A stretch of 64,000 nt of DNA from the human T2T-CHM13v2.0 reference genome, Homo sapiens: NCBI RefSeq assembly GCF_009914755.1, contig NC_060935.1. One strand, written 5' to 3'. How positions within the stretch are numbered: the stretch's first letter is position 1; every line of letters begins with the position of its first letter. A model generated the notes under the pieces. It saw only the letters and a program-made list of their open reading frames with translations, was not told the origin of the DNA and did no database searches. A program made the position numbers and the translations under genes. Shown here one piece after another: positions 1-13,047 of this stretch.

Positions 1-24
1 GCACACCTAGAGGATACTAATGTT

Positions 25-258
25 AGTACCATTTACTGAGTCCTGTGTGTGAGCCACAGGTGTTACGTGCTAGGTATGTCATCCTATTTAATTCTCTGGA
101 CATTGCCCTGGGGCATCATGCCCATTTTGCAGGAGGGGACATCGATGTTTAGAGAGGTGTGGTATTTGCTCACGATCACATATGTGGTCGGGGCAGAGAT
201 GGGATTCAAACCTGGAAACCCACAACCAGAGTCCATGCTCACAACACGATCCTCTATG
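25..258 (-). mobile_element. MIR SINE
   Basis: Degenerate antisense MIR core: CCCATTTTGCAGGAGGGGAC...AGAGAGGTGTGGTATTTGCTC...GGCAGAGATGGGATTCAAACC. Confidence 0.8.
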
Positions 259-1029
259 ATTCTGCTTTCCAGGGACCAAGGGTTAATTAAAAAATATTAC
301 ATATTTTTTCCTTGGTCCTTGAGTATTGCAAATAAATACCCATGATAAGGCCTTTGGGAGAAGTTTCCAAGTCAATTCAATACAATTAAAAAGGATCAAT
401 AGGACCCAACCCATCCGTTGGGTTTCTAGTGTGTCCTTGAGTGGGACAGGTAGTCAAAAGCATGGCACTGCTGTGTCTGCTCTCCATCCCTGCCGAAACC
501 ACTCTTTGTTCTTGATGAATAAACAGCCTCGAAAGGGGTTACTCCAAATGGGTACGGTGTCCTCCCTCCCTAACCCCATGGCCTAACTGTGAGTATGTTT
601 CAGAGGAAAATCCTTGTTTGGCTGAAGTAGGAGGAATCATAAAAACACAATGGGCTTTAGAAATGTAAATATCTGCACAGTGAGATGGATGAGGATGATG
701 GATAGATGCCAGAGGAAGCCTGAATGTGAGAATCTGGCAGACAGAGATGGATGTGAGGAAACACAGGGAGTGAGAGGAAAGCAAAAGGCAAGAAGCCACA
801 TGCATGGGTGGAGATGGCAGCTCAGGAGTGGCCGGAGCCTGTAAAGCCGCAGGGGCTGGGCTCAGCGAACGCAAAGGGAAGGGAGAGGCAAGGCCGACAA
901 GATTCTGTGGCAGGGATAAAGGGAGTGTGGCCCCTTGGGCGAGATGCACCCAACACAGACAGAAGCTTGCGAGCATGCCCAAGGCTTCCCAGAGAGGAGT
1001 AGGTGGGACTCATATTAGATATAGAGTGG

Positions 1030-1213
1030 CAATTCTCACAGTGTAGCTTCTAGACCGGCAGGATCAGCACAACCTGAGAACTCATTAGAAATGCACATTT
1101 TCAGGCCCCGCCCCAGATCTGGTGAATCAGAAACTCTGGGGCCCGGTCCGACATTCTGCGTTTTGGCAAGCCCTTCAGTTGACTTTGATGCGTGCTAAAG
1201 TTTGAGAGCATCC
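1030..1213 (+). mobile_element. MER5A (hAT-Charlie MITE)
   Basis: TTAGAAATGCACATTTTCAGGCCCCGCCCCAGA...GAATCAGAAACTCTGGG...TGATGCGTGCTAAAGTTTGAGA matches the MER5A consensus. Confidence 0.85.
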
Positions 1214-4200
1214 CGTATGGAGGAATGGGGAGAATGAAGAGGGCGAGATCAAGGAGGTGTAGAAGTCTAGAGTTTAGGGTATGTGTCTGACGGAAAAAAG
1301 GCAAAGAGCCATTTCATTCTAGTCAAAAAAGTGGGCAATACATGGGAAATGCGGAGGGCCCCCAGAGGAGGGCTAGATAATGTGAGGAGCTACGCTTGAT
1401 CATTGCTGAGACAAGATGGGATGTGCAGGAAGAGAGAACAGACTAGCAGAAGGTTCGTGAGCCAACCTGGGGACAACACAGCCTAGTGAAGGGCACGTGA
1501 TTGTGATGGTGTCGGAGTGCTAACAGGCCTCCCCCAACAGTGCACCTCAGGTTTCCATCGACCTGTAGAAGAGCACTGGTGTGTTCAAGAGACCCTAAAG
1601 AGGGGTGCTGCAGAGAATTGAGGTTCCCATGGACTTGGAGGAGTAGCCTCTGCTCCCAATTCCTTGTCGTCCTGGCAGAAATTCAACCAAGGGCTAACAT
1701 GCCCAGAGAGCCTTTTGTTTGAATGTTGCCTTTTTCCCCTTCCCTCACAGAAGCTCTGAGCTCCCTCCCCTAGGTGACAAGCACTTACAAGGCAGGGTCT
1801 GGGTCACCACTGTACAGAGTGTGCAGGCTGTGCCCCATGCACAGGGCGATGTGCCATTAGGCACTGAGTTCAGGGTTCATGTTGTGTTGACAAGAGCGGG
1901 AGAAGAAGCCTGCTCAGGGGAGGTGGGTGGGCCACACGACCTCAGCCTTCCAGCTCTCTGTTTCTACAAAACCAGTTGATGAATGTCTCTCCCATCTTCA
2001 TCAATCTATTTTTCTTATTGTTATTTTCTTTCTTTGTGCGTTCCTCTTATTGGAAAGAAATGGGTGGACTGACAGCTGAAGCCGCTTCTCTCTGAACCTT
2101 GACATTTTGGTTGCCTTGCTTAAGGCTGATGCCCAGACAGCCTGCACAGACAGGGCTCCCCAGACATCCCAACCGCCAGTCCTCAGCAGCAGAAGGGCCC
2201 AGGCTCCGGGCACCTCACTAGTACTCACTTATTACTACAAAAACCTTGTAATGGCCCAGGGAAACTTTTGCCTGGGTAAATAACCATTACTGACCTTATA
2301 ATTTTGAAAATGTTCATTTTGGGCCTTTTTAATGTAGGTTCAAATCTGCTCTGGAGATTGCACTTTAAGAAAAGGCACTCTTGTGTAATTTTCCATTTGA
2401 ATTAGCTGGTAGACCACCTGGAGGCCTCTTAAGAACCACACCTAGAGACCCACTGGGTTAGCAGACAGCCTGGGTGGAGGGCAATGGCCACCGCTCCTGT
2501 TAATAGATCAGAAGGAACAGGCTAATGAATTTGAGAGGGATTTGTTTTTTTAAACCCAACACCCAGTTGAAAGCAATATCCATTAGTATAGTGCACTGAA
2601 CACTGCCGTGAACTCTTATGTTGATTGGAAGAGACAAGTCATAAATTTCTCCTATTAAAGTTCTTGACTCACAATATCAGGTGAGACAAATGACTTAAAA
2701 ATAATATGTGCAAATGTCATCAGAATACAGATGACCTGGGTTCTGGCCACAGCAGGGGATGCGAGTCTGATGTCCTGGACAAAGCAAAGTCCATTAAATG
2801 TTTGGGGTGGGCTACATGGCACCATATGTTCAATAGGAATATTTTCTTTTCAATCAAAGGGAGGTACTCCAGTGACGTCTGTAGGGATTGTATTTCCTCA
2901 ATAAGGCAGTTTTGAGATGAAGATGAAAGCACTGATTTAGGAAACCCGAGGATACCCTCAGCAGAGAGTTCTGGTTCTCATGTGCTCTGAGTTGGGATCA
3001 CTTGCAGAAAGGCTTCAGCCGGGCACACCCCAGGAGGAAGGCAGTGAGCGCAGCCTGGACGCCAGATGGGTTCCAGCCTTCCGCATTGCTTTAAGTCCCA
3101 CCTTCTCCGTCTTTCCGGATCAGCACTTGAGAGGTGTTGCTTCCTTTTACCCCAACCATACCCTGTCCTCACATGAAATCCCAGTGCTCTCTCCTTCCCA
3201 CTCACTCTCCAGTCAACCTACGATGCACTTACCCCCAGGGTGGGAACCAAATTAACCACAGAAACCTATTATTTGTGTATTTGTATAAATGAATGTTTAT
3301 TGCAGAATAGCTTCTGCATATTCTTCCTGCCAGCATGGACTTTATTTTCTAATGGAAATTCTTGCATCTGTGTTTCTTGATTTGGTCTGCTCTTGGCTCT
3401 ATCCCACTCCTGCCCCGGCATCTTAGTCATCCACAGTCTCTAGTGGCTCAGGCAGGGGCATTACCCAATCTGTAATTGAGTGAGGGTACATGAGCATTCT
3501 TAGGACTCCCTTTAGAAGAAAGGAATGAGCACAACTTCTAGGGATTTGGGGCCCAGGCTGGAGAAAATCCTATCTTTGATGAGGTTCAAGGTTTTATTTC
3601 TAAGCACCACAGCTGCCCAGGAAAGACATCTGGCTCTGGCAACTGACCTCGTAGAGAACTGGGCCTGGCTATCTGCATTTCAAGCTTGATTCCAGAACTC
3701 CCCCATCATGCTACCCCATGATACCCTATAGAGTGCAGAGCCAAGTCTGCCTTGGGGGAGACGCATCACAGTTATGCATCAGTACTATTTTATATGAAAT
3801 CATGCCAGGGTTTACAGTCACCCAAGCTTGCTACAGGTGCCACAGTGCCCGGAGGATTAGGCAAGGGGTCTGCATTAATCCCCAACCAATCTTAGTGGAG
3901 ACAGAGCCTGACTTGGATCCTGACATGAGAGGACACATCCCTGCCTCCCTTTTGCCCTGACCCGCTGAAGCCTCGTGCAGGAAAATGGAGAATCTAGAAA
4001 GCATCTAGTCTTGGGAGGTGCTGTGAGATCATTTCTCTCTCTTTCTTCCCTCTCCAGCCCCTCCCCACTTTTTTATTTTTTATTAACAAGGATGAAAGTA
4101 AATGTGAACTCGAAACAATAAGGCATGGAAAATCACAGAAATAACTTAATTAAGTTTTTAAAGATTTCCATGCTTGAATAAATTAGCCTTCCTGCAAATG

Positions 4201-4865
4201 TCACAACATTCAGAAAAAAAAATTGTAATCAATGGAGCACAATGCTTCCCCGCTCTTTATTTAAACGAAAGCTCCATTGGTGCATTTCCTTTTACCCCTG
4301 CTCCTCCCCTGCAGCTGCTGCTCCCTGGCCCCCCTCAGCTTCAGGCAAGGGCACCAGACTCTCACATCAGCATATTCTGCTGCTGTTCTGAAAGGTGGAA
4401 GGATTGCAGGTGGGGGCAGGCGATGGGAGGGCCACGCAGGGAGGTTTCTCTTGGCCAGAGTGAGAGTATGCGTGGTCCTGGCGCTCCTTTGAAAGGTAGC
4501 AGAATCTGATCTCTCTATGGGGCTTGGGTTCTCTTAGGCCTCAGCCAAAGCTGGGAGTCAGGGAGATCTTTCCTTCAGCACCAGGATGAGAGTTTGATGA
4601 CGAGTCAGACCCAACTCTGCAGGGCGAGGGATAGGGGCCATTTCCCGCCACCCTCTCCAGTGCCTTTCTCCCTTTTCAGGCATTTCCCCATCACCAGGGC
4701 TGGGAAGATTACAGGAAAGCAGGCAGGAGAAAGAGAAAGATGGAGGGGAAAAAGGAGGACCCAGGTTCCCCGGGGCAGCAGTCCTGCCTTCGGCCACATG
4801 GACAGATTTTCATCGCCATCGAGACGCAGGGCAGATTGCTCGGCTAATGAGTACATGTCACTGCG

Positions 4866-4880
4866 CTGCTGCTGCTGCTG
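4866..4880. repeat. (CTG)5 short trinucleotide repeat
   Basis: CTGCTGCTGCTGCTG read directly. Confidence 0.9.
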
Positions 4881-5606
4881 ACTTGAGTAGTGAGTGATGT
4901 CATGCTGGCTGCCCAGCCCTGCTATAATGCAACTGTCAGGGCCCCGTGGGGAAAACTTGGGGAGAAATACGAGAAGTCTAAAAAGCAGCAAAAGGCCCAG
5001 TCAAGTGAAGGGAAATGGAATTACAGTCATGCTGAAAGCAGGCACACTGGAGAATTAAAACACTTTGTTTTGGAACCAGAGTGTACTCAACCTGGGTTAT
5101 TAAATTATTTATTGTTTGCATCACCAGTAATGGGCGAGAGTAATGGGGGGAGCAATCAGCCAGGGCAGAGATGATTTTAATTATCTGGTACATTTGGGGC
5201 CGCCCCTGCGTAGAGCCTGGTGCCCCTCGAGCACGGAGCCAAGTGACGTGGAAATGGGATGTTCAGGGCTTAATCAGATTCATCAGATCCATTCACTGAA
5301 CTAACCCTGAAATGGGCTGTGTGATGATCCTTCAGACTTAACATGGGGAATGTCAGCCTGTTTCCCAAGGACACCCCATGACCCAAAATGGTTCTGCTTT
5401 TATGACATTGCATGTTGATGGGTAGCCATCCCACGTGCCCCCAGTGACACACATCCTGCCGGCACCACCGGGTGTGAAGTGAGGATGGCGAAGGGCCTAA
5501 GAGGAAGTGAGATGGGGTCTAGGAAATCGAAGCAGCCCCTGGGTAATCCATCCGGGCTCCTATTTCGCTTTTGGCAGTCTGGGAGTTTGGAAAGGCAGGA
5601 TAGTGA

Positions 5607-6295
<689 letters not shown>

Positions 6296-6601
6296 ATGGC
6301 TGTGCTGCTTTAGAGATGGAGAACAGAGGAGGCAGGGACATGAAATTGCTGTGGTTTTTGTCTTTCCTCTGATAGGCGGCAAAATCTAATCTCTCTTTGA
6401 GGACTGTGGGATTCCTAGTTCAAAAGTCAGGGGCAGCCAGTTTGAGGAAGCAGAAGGTGCCTGTTGACTGACAGGTTAACAAGATGGTGTAAGAAGAACA
6501 GCTACCCTCCTAATCCAAACCCCCAGGGTAGGCTTGTTCTCGTTCCAAGGGGCCTGGAGAGCCAAGGCTAGGACTAAAGGCAGCTCTTTCCCACGAGGTG
6601 A

Positions 6602-7091
<490 letters not shown>

Positions 7092-8299
7092 CTTCCTTGC
7101 TCTTCTTAAGGTCCAGTTATCTGGGCAAAGGGCCAGGAATCTGAGCCTCTGCTCCAGTCCTTCGCCTCTGGCCTGAAGCCATGAGAAATGACAATAAGAA
7201 AACCACCCTCAAGTTGGCTTGATTCCCTGCCCATGACATACAAAGGCGCATCCAGTTTGCAGAGAAAAGGCTGGGTTAACCAGGCTGCTGTTGGTCAAGT
7301 GGCTGTAAGTGGTGCCTGAGGAATCCATATTGCTGTTATTAACTTGCAAACTGTTGATGTAAAGGGTTGGGGTGGAATACTTTGCTTCTGTAATTAGAAC
7401 TGGTTTCCTTTTCCTGCAAATATGGGGACTCTCCTGTTATTAATGACCTTTTTGGATCCATGCCCAGGATTTAGAGATATTGTCTTTGGATCTAGGTAAT
7501 GAGGTCGCTACTGATCCTGAACAAATGGGAGAAGTTATTTAATAATTACTCTGCACTGTCTGTCGGTGACCTTTCATTTGTCGAGATGAGAGGCATCTGT
7601 TTATCATCACCCCTATGTGGAAGATTTTGATTTTCCGGGATTAGTTCTCCTGGATTGAATCCATTTTGCTTTCTGCCTTTTTAGAAAAGTTTGCCATTTA
7701 AAGGTACCACATGCTGTAGCATATGAGGGAGCTGCACCTGAAGTGATATGAGTGGAAACCATCTTAGACAGGCTGGAAACACAAGTTCTTCTTAATCTGG
7801 GGTGCACAATCAACTTCTAGAGCTGACAGACTTGTATGCTGCTGAGGCAAGTCAGTGGCTTCTCAGTGGTTTCTGGCGGCAAGACTCAAGATTTGAAGTT
7901 TGAGAGGAAATAAGCCTCAAACTTTGAGAGGAGGTAGGAAGAGATTAGGCTTTTTCTCTTTTCTGCACTTAACAGTGAGATGGATAGATGGCCCAGTGTG
8001 CTCAGTGGCTCTCAGCTGGGGAGAACACGGATGCCATAATTGGGCAGACACTGTGGTGGACAAAACAGAGCCAAAGCTCAGAGAGGCTCTCTGAGCGCCC
8101 CCAAAGAGACGTTCCTCCCATACCAGGTCCTGAAGGGCTTCTGGAGGGCTTGGTAGAGACAACCTGGGAAAGACGATGACAGCGACTGAAGGCTTAGGAT
8201 GAAAACCAGATTAATTTGACTTGCACAGAGAATCATGTGCTGCCAAGTGTGAGTGGTGTCTTACAGAGCCTGAGCCTATTACTTTACCTAACTTTGTCT

Positions 8300-8793
8300 T
8301 CCTTTTAAAAATATCCCTGCTAAATGGCCGTTGAGCCACTGCTTGCATTTCTCCTATGGAGAACTCACCACTTCTCAATTCCCTCTGGTCTCCACTCCAT
8401 TTCCAGCAATTCTCATAAAATTCCTTTTTCTAAAATATTGAGATTTTAAAAATCTGTTATTTTGACTTTAGCCCATTGACCTTTGCTCTTATGTTGGGGC
8501 ATTAATTGGCATTTGTCTTCTTCCTTAGGACAGTCCTTCAGGCTTTGGAGCAGGGTTGTCATGCCACCCTATGTCTTCTGGTGAAACATTCCAGTTCTCT
8601 ATGTTTTCCATGAGCCATGCTTCCAAGTTCTTTCACCCCCCTGGCCACACTCCTTAAAATCAGTCGTGTTTTGTGGTTCTCTGAATATGAGAATTGCAAA
8701 CAATACTCAAGTCTGGTTTGTCCCTCACATACTAGAACAGGTTTATCTTCTCCTTTCATCCAGACAATACGGTTTTATTAATGCAATCTAAGT
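8300..8793 (-). mobile_element. L3/CR1 LINE fossil (ORF2 C-terminal region)
   Basis: ORF 8559-8759 contains RLEYCLQF...VARGVKELGSM...RELECF, resembling CR1 ORF2 RPHLEYCVQFW...RMVKGLETMSYEERLKELG. DNA TTATTAATGCAATCTAAG is also CR1-like. Confidence 0.8.
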
Positions 8794-9199
8794 AAGGGAA
8801 TTTTTTGAAAAGGGAAGGGGGGAAGCACGGTTGGTAGAAGACCTTCAAATCTCTTCTGAAGAATTAGGTGGAAGAAGCCCTACGGAAAGACAACATTCCA
8901 CAAGGCTGGCGAGACTTTCACAGGGAGGGAGCGGGCTGCAGGTAGTCCTGCCCTCTCCCCATTCCCACAGCCCTTTGGAGCCCTTTCTTCTTCTTGGATA
9001 AACAGGGAAACCAGAGCTGGGATTGGGCAGGAGGAGAAAAGCAGAGAGCAGCTTGGAGTTAGAAGACACAGGGCAACAATGATTTGAGAGTCCCTGCATT
9101 TCTCACACTGACCCCAGAACCAGGCAATTTCTCAGGGGAGAAGGCCCTGTGCTCCTAGAATGAGTGAGTGCCCTGTGTTACACCCCCTGAATGGTCTGC

Positions 9200-9378
9200 A
9201 CCTCCACTTTGATAACATGCATCACATGTGTAACAAATGTTCAGCTTTGAACTTCCTCACTAGGTTGTGAGGGCACAGTCCCTACTTATCTGTTTAATGA
9301 TCCTTAATCCACAGTGTCAAATACAATGTAGGCACTCAACAAAAATGTGCTGGATAAATGAACAAAGAACAAATCAAC
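9200..9378 (+). mobile_element. L2 LINE 3' end
   Basis: TGTGAGGGCA...GTAGGCACTCAACAAAAATGTGCTGGATAAATGAAC is the L2 terminal motif. Confidence 0.7.
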
Positions 9379-12024
9379 GAATCTCCAGGAGTGCTTGCTC
9401 CAAGGTTTCTGTTGATGGGTTCTATCCATCAGTCCATTTGGCAGCTCCTGTTAACTTGCCTAGTTCCAATTGGCTCTCTCCTCCTGCAGCGAATTCTCCA
9501 CTGTCCAGCCATGTTAAGAGATAGAATAGAATCATGAAAACATAAAGGGGTTAGGGCTAAAGAGAACTTTAGAAGTTATGCACAGTTTATTGATAAAAAG
9601 ACTTTTTTCCCTCATCCACACTCCACTAAATTCTCTCACTTTCTTTCTTTCTTTTCACATCCCAGCTCTACAAAGCAATTCCCTTGCAGATACCCTCAAC
9701 TCCTTTTTTCCTTATTCTCTCCACTGAACTTACCTGGGAAAAAGCCCCGACTATCTGCTTACTTTGTTCCTGACCTGAAGCAGCTTAGCATTACTGGAGA
9801 AAATCATCTTCTTGAAATTGATAAACTGGGCTCCAAGGAGACACTCTCGACCCCTCCACCGCATTGGTCTCCAGCAATGCAACCTTTACAACCTGTCAGG
9901 TGCTACTCTTATTTCTGTTGCCCATTTTGGAGGACTGTTTCCTTGAGGAGGCCCATTTAGGTGTCTTTTCTACCTATCTACCCTTCTAGACTTGATCTGG
10001 AAAGGATCTTAGGGATCAGCTGATCTCCTACCTTTCAGTGTTTGTATCTTTAACTGGGAAACTTCCCTGTATAAAAAATCTTATGTGGAACTCTTCATTA
10101 TAAAACAGTGGAGTTGCTCTTGTTGAAAAATGCTGAGGGCCAAGGGCCAGGGTCTCTCCATGTGAGTCCCCTACTGTATCTGCCAGAGCACCTGAGGGTG
10201 TGTTTGTGCCTTAGGGTCTCAGCAGAGCCCATTGGAAATCACTGATTTAGCCTGCAAACCTTATTATCTGGATGAGGGAACTGCTGTCCTGAGAGGTGAC
10301 ATCACATGATAGATCCTGGACCCAGCAGGTTTAATCTGGGGGCTCCTCCCAGCAGAGCATGGCACCCCTTGCTCTGACCATCATGCTTTTTGGCTTCCCT
10401 CACCTGACTCTGATTCCCACTGAGCTGTGTGGTGGCCACCACTGCCTCCTATTTGGATGCAGAAGGTCAGTTTCTCTGCAGACAGACCAGCCCTTTCAGG
10501 GCCACTCTCCCGTGCACTCGGGCCCTGTAGCACCTCCCACCTCATCCTTCCTAGGGACTGAAGCCCAAAGCCTCTTACAAAACTGTCTTCTGAGGGCCCC
10601 TTGGCTGTCCTGTTTGTAAAACCATTCACAGTCAGCCATGCCTTTCATTTCCTTAATCTTAAATTGCATCAAAAAGGGAGAGATTAGAGGTAAAACCTCA
10701 ATAAAGGACTGAACAAAAGCCTGCCCCCACTTCGGATTCTCACACCTAGCTTTGCCTTTTTCCCCTCCCTCTTGTCTGACAGACTGAGTGTATGAACCTT
10801 TTTTTTTTTTTTTTAACTTAGATTAAAACGCTATTTAGAAAAGGCCCGCAAGTTTGAAGTCACCTCTGGTTCATACATTAAACATCAAATGTACATTAAC
10901 TGTGAATTATGGTCATGAAAAGTAAATCCTTTAATGCCGTTTTCTGTGTTCCACTGCTGAAGCTTAGCATTAATGGCCTCTTTGCAACTCTGTGAATAGA
11001 TGGACTTCTTATTTTCTAGCTTTCACCACCACACAGGCTTCTCTCTGTGCACCTGTAAACACACAGCCATGGGAAAAAGATTGAAGGGAAGTTTAAGCTC
11101 AGAAGCAGATCCACCTGGGTGGCAGGGGCCATTTATCCCCAATGGGCAGGTGGCCACACCTAGTGTAGGACCACACTATTTGTTCTTTCATAGACCCGGC
11201 TAGGATCAGCTTAATTGTTTGCTACATTAAGTTCTGAGGAATTGCAGTTATATAGGTGTCTAACTGGTAACTAGATCAAGCTATTGATCAGCAACCCTGA
11301 CAATGGAGAAACAGGTTTTCACATGAAGAGTTTCTCTAAAAGGCAGGTTCGGAAGCCAGCTCCTGGGAAATGGTAAAGAATGACCACCACTGGGTTGTGG
11401 CATGGAAGCCATGCTCTTGCGTTACTGAATGATCTGACTTCTTTCTGCTGTACCAGGATAAGAAGCAAAGAGAAAGAGTGATAGATATCCAAAATGTTTA
11501 CTCTCATGAGAAGGACCTTTCTCCATTAAAACTGTGGGAGCTCTCCCACAGTGGAGTAAGATGCAAACTACCTGCAGAGGCTTTTGCTACAATCTGATCT
11601 AAAGCCCGGGAGGCCAGAAACATGCCGCAGTTGTGGACAAGCCTTAGCAGGTTTTGAGACAAAATGAGGAGAGTCAGAATGAATTACTTCTCCTCCAAGC
11701 TGGGTTAAGAGACAAGATTAGATAAAGTAGAGATAATGATAGAAAACGATTTAAAAAGGCATTGAATTGCCTTTCAGTGTTTATGAACCTTTAAAGCTTG
11801 CACTAAATTACACAAGTTATTTAAATACATTCTTTAATATTTATGCTTTGTTGTTTTAATAAAGACTTCTATTTTTAAATAAAAATGCATAATTAAGTGG
11901 AACAGAATATTTTCCTCTTTGACGTGCTTAATCATGCCTCTGGGAAGCTTAAGTTGTTCTGATTATAAAGTCCAGACACTACCATCTACTAAAGAGCAGC
12001 CTGCACTCAGTAGGTGCTTAATGA

Positions 12025-13025
12025 ATATTTAATGATCAACTATTATGTGCCTGACCCTGTGTTAAGTTCTGGGACTACAATGGAGAGAGATGAAAAGGAC
12101 ATGGTCTCTGCACTAATGGAGCTTGTAATACAATGAGGGTGTCAGACATTCGTTCTACAAATGAGTGTAGGCTTCCAAAATGGATCAGTATTAGGAGAAA
12201 TGGAAGCCCTGTCTGATGAGAGGGTATTAAAAAGGAACTTAAACTGGTTGGAAAGAAGGAGAGATCGGGAAGGCTTTCCTGAGGATGTAAGGGTTGGGTG
12301 GGATCTGAGGGTTAAGTAGGGGATTGCTGGATAGAAAGAGAGAGGAAGAGTATCCCAGGTTGAGCAAATAGTAAGAGCAAAAGCCAGTGGGAGGAGGGAA
12401 CATGGTGTATTTGGGGGTACCCAAAAGAAGGCAGGCAACTGGTTTGGCCAGCACAGGCTGTGCTGTGGACCAGGGGGGCACAGCTGGGCTGAGGAAGCAG
12501 AGTAGGAGCTGAAATCCAGCCCTGCTTTTCTTGCCAAGTGAGATCGCCCATGAGACACTGCATCAGCTTAGAGGAAAGGGCATCATTTTTCCAACTGGGC
12601 TGTCCAGAAGGGGCACCTTTATCTAATTCTCTGCAGAGTGACCCACGTGCTAACATGACCCTGGTGGCTGCAGTATATCAGGGGAGAGGGAGAGTGAGGC
12701 CAGGGAAGGCTGGAAAGGCATCCAGGGCCAAACACGCAGGACGGGGAGCCTGTGTTAAGGATATGAGCCTTTCTCCTGAGGACGAAGAGGAGCCAATGAA
12801 GGGTTTTAAGTGTGTATGTGTGTGATGAACAGATTTGCATTTTGAAAAGATCACTTGGGTTGCAGTGTGGAAAACTGATTAGAGGAGTATCAGAATGGAA
12901 GCGGGGTATGGTTTTGGGCAAAAGATCATGAGTATGATCTTGGACTACGGAGTTTGATGCATCTTGCAAGCATCCTAGTAGAAACGTCAAGTGGGCAGTG
13001 AACACAGACAAATTGGATGTATAGT
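12025..13025 (-). mobile_element. L2 LINE 3' region
   Basis: CTATTATGTGCCTGACCCTGTGTTAAGTTCTGGG...GGACATGGTCTCTGCACT..., followed by a purine-rich body (GGGAAGGCTTTCCTGAGG; CAGATTTGCATTTTGAAAAGATCACT). Confidence 0.8.
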
Positions 13026-13047
13026 ACTTAGTTTCTTAGTTTTCAGT

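Noticed and set aside
4574-4594. REST/RE1 site
   Set aside because: Only the left half TTCAGCACCA matches; the right half GGACAG is absent at canonical spacing. The same holds for look-alikes near 18531, 34449 and 48746.
4892-4904. 13-mer GAGTGATGTCATG shared with 36694-36706
   Set aside because: Many shared 13-mers are expected by chance among all position pairs in 64 kb.
4605-4991. 128-aa minus ORF with QQQQQ
   Set aside because: The poly-Q is just (CTG)5. No homology recognised and no convincing flanking splice sites.
12466-12484. CTCF-like GGACCAGGGGGGCAC (also 19802-19820 and 40200-40213)
   Set aside because: An extra G or a mismatched 5' half breaks the core alignment; cannot be supported without a PWM scan.
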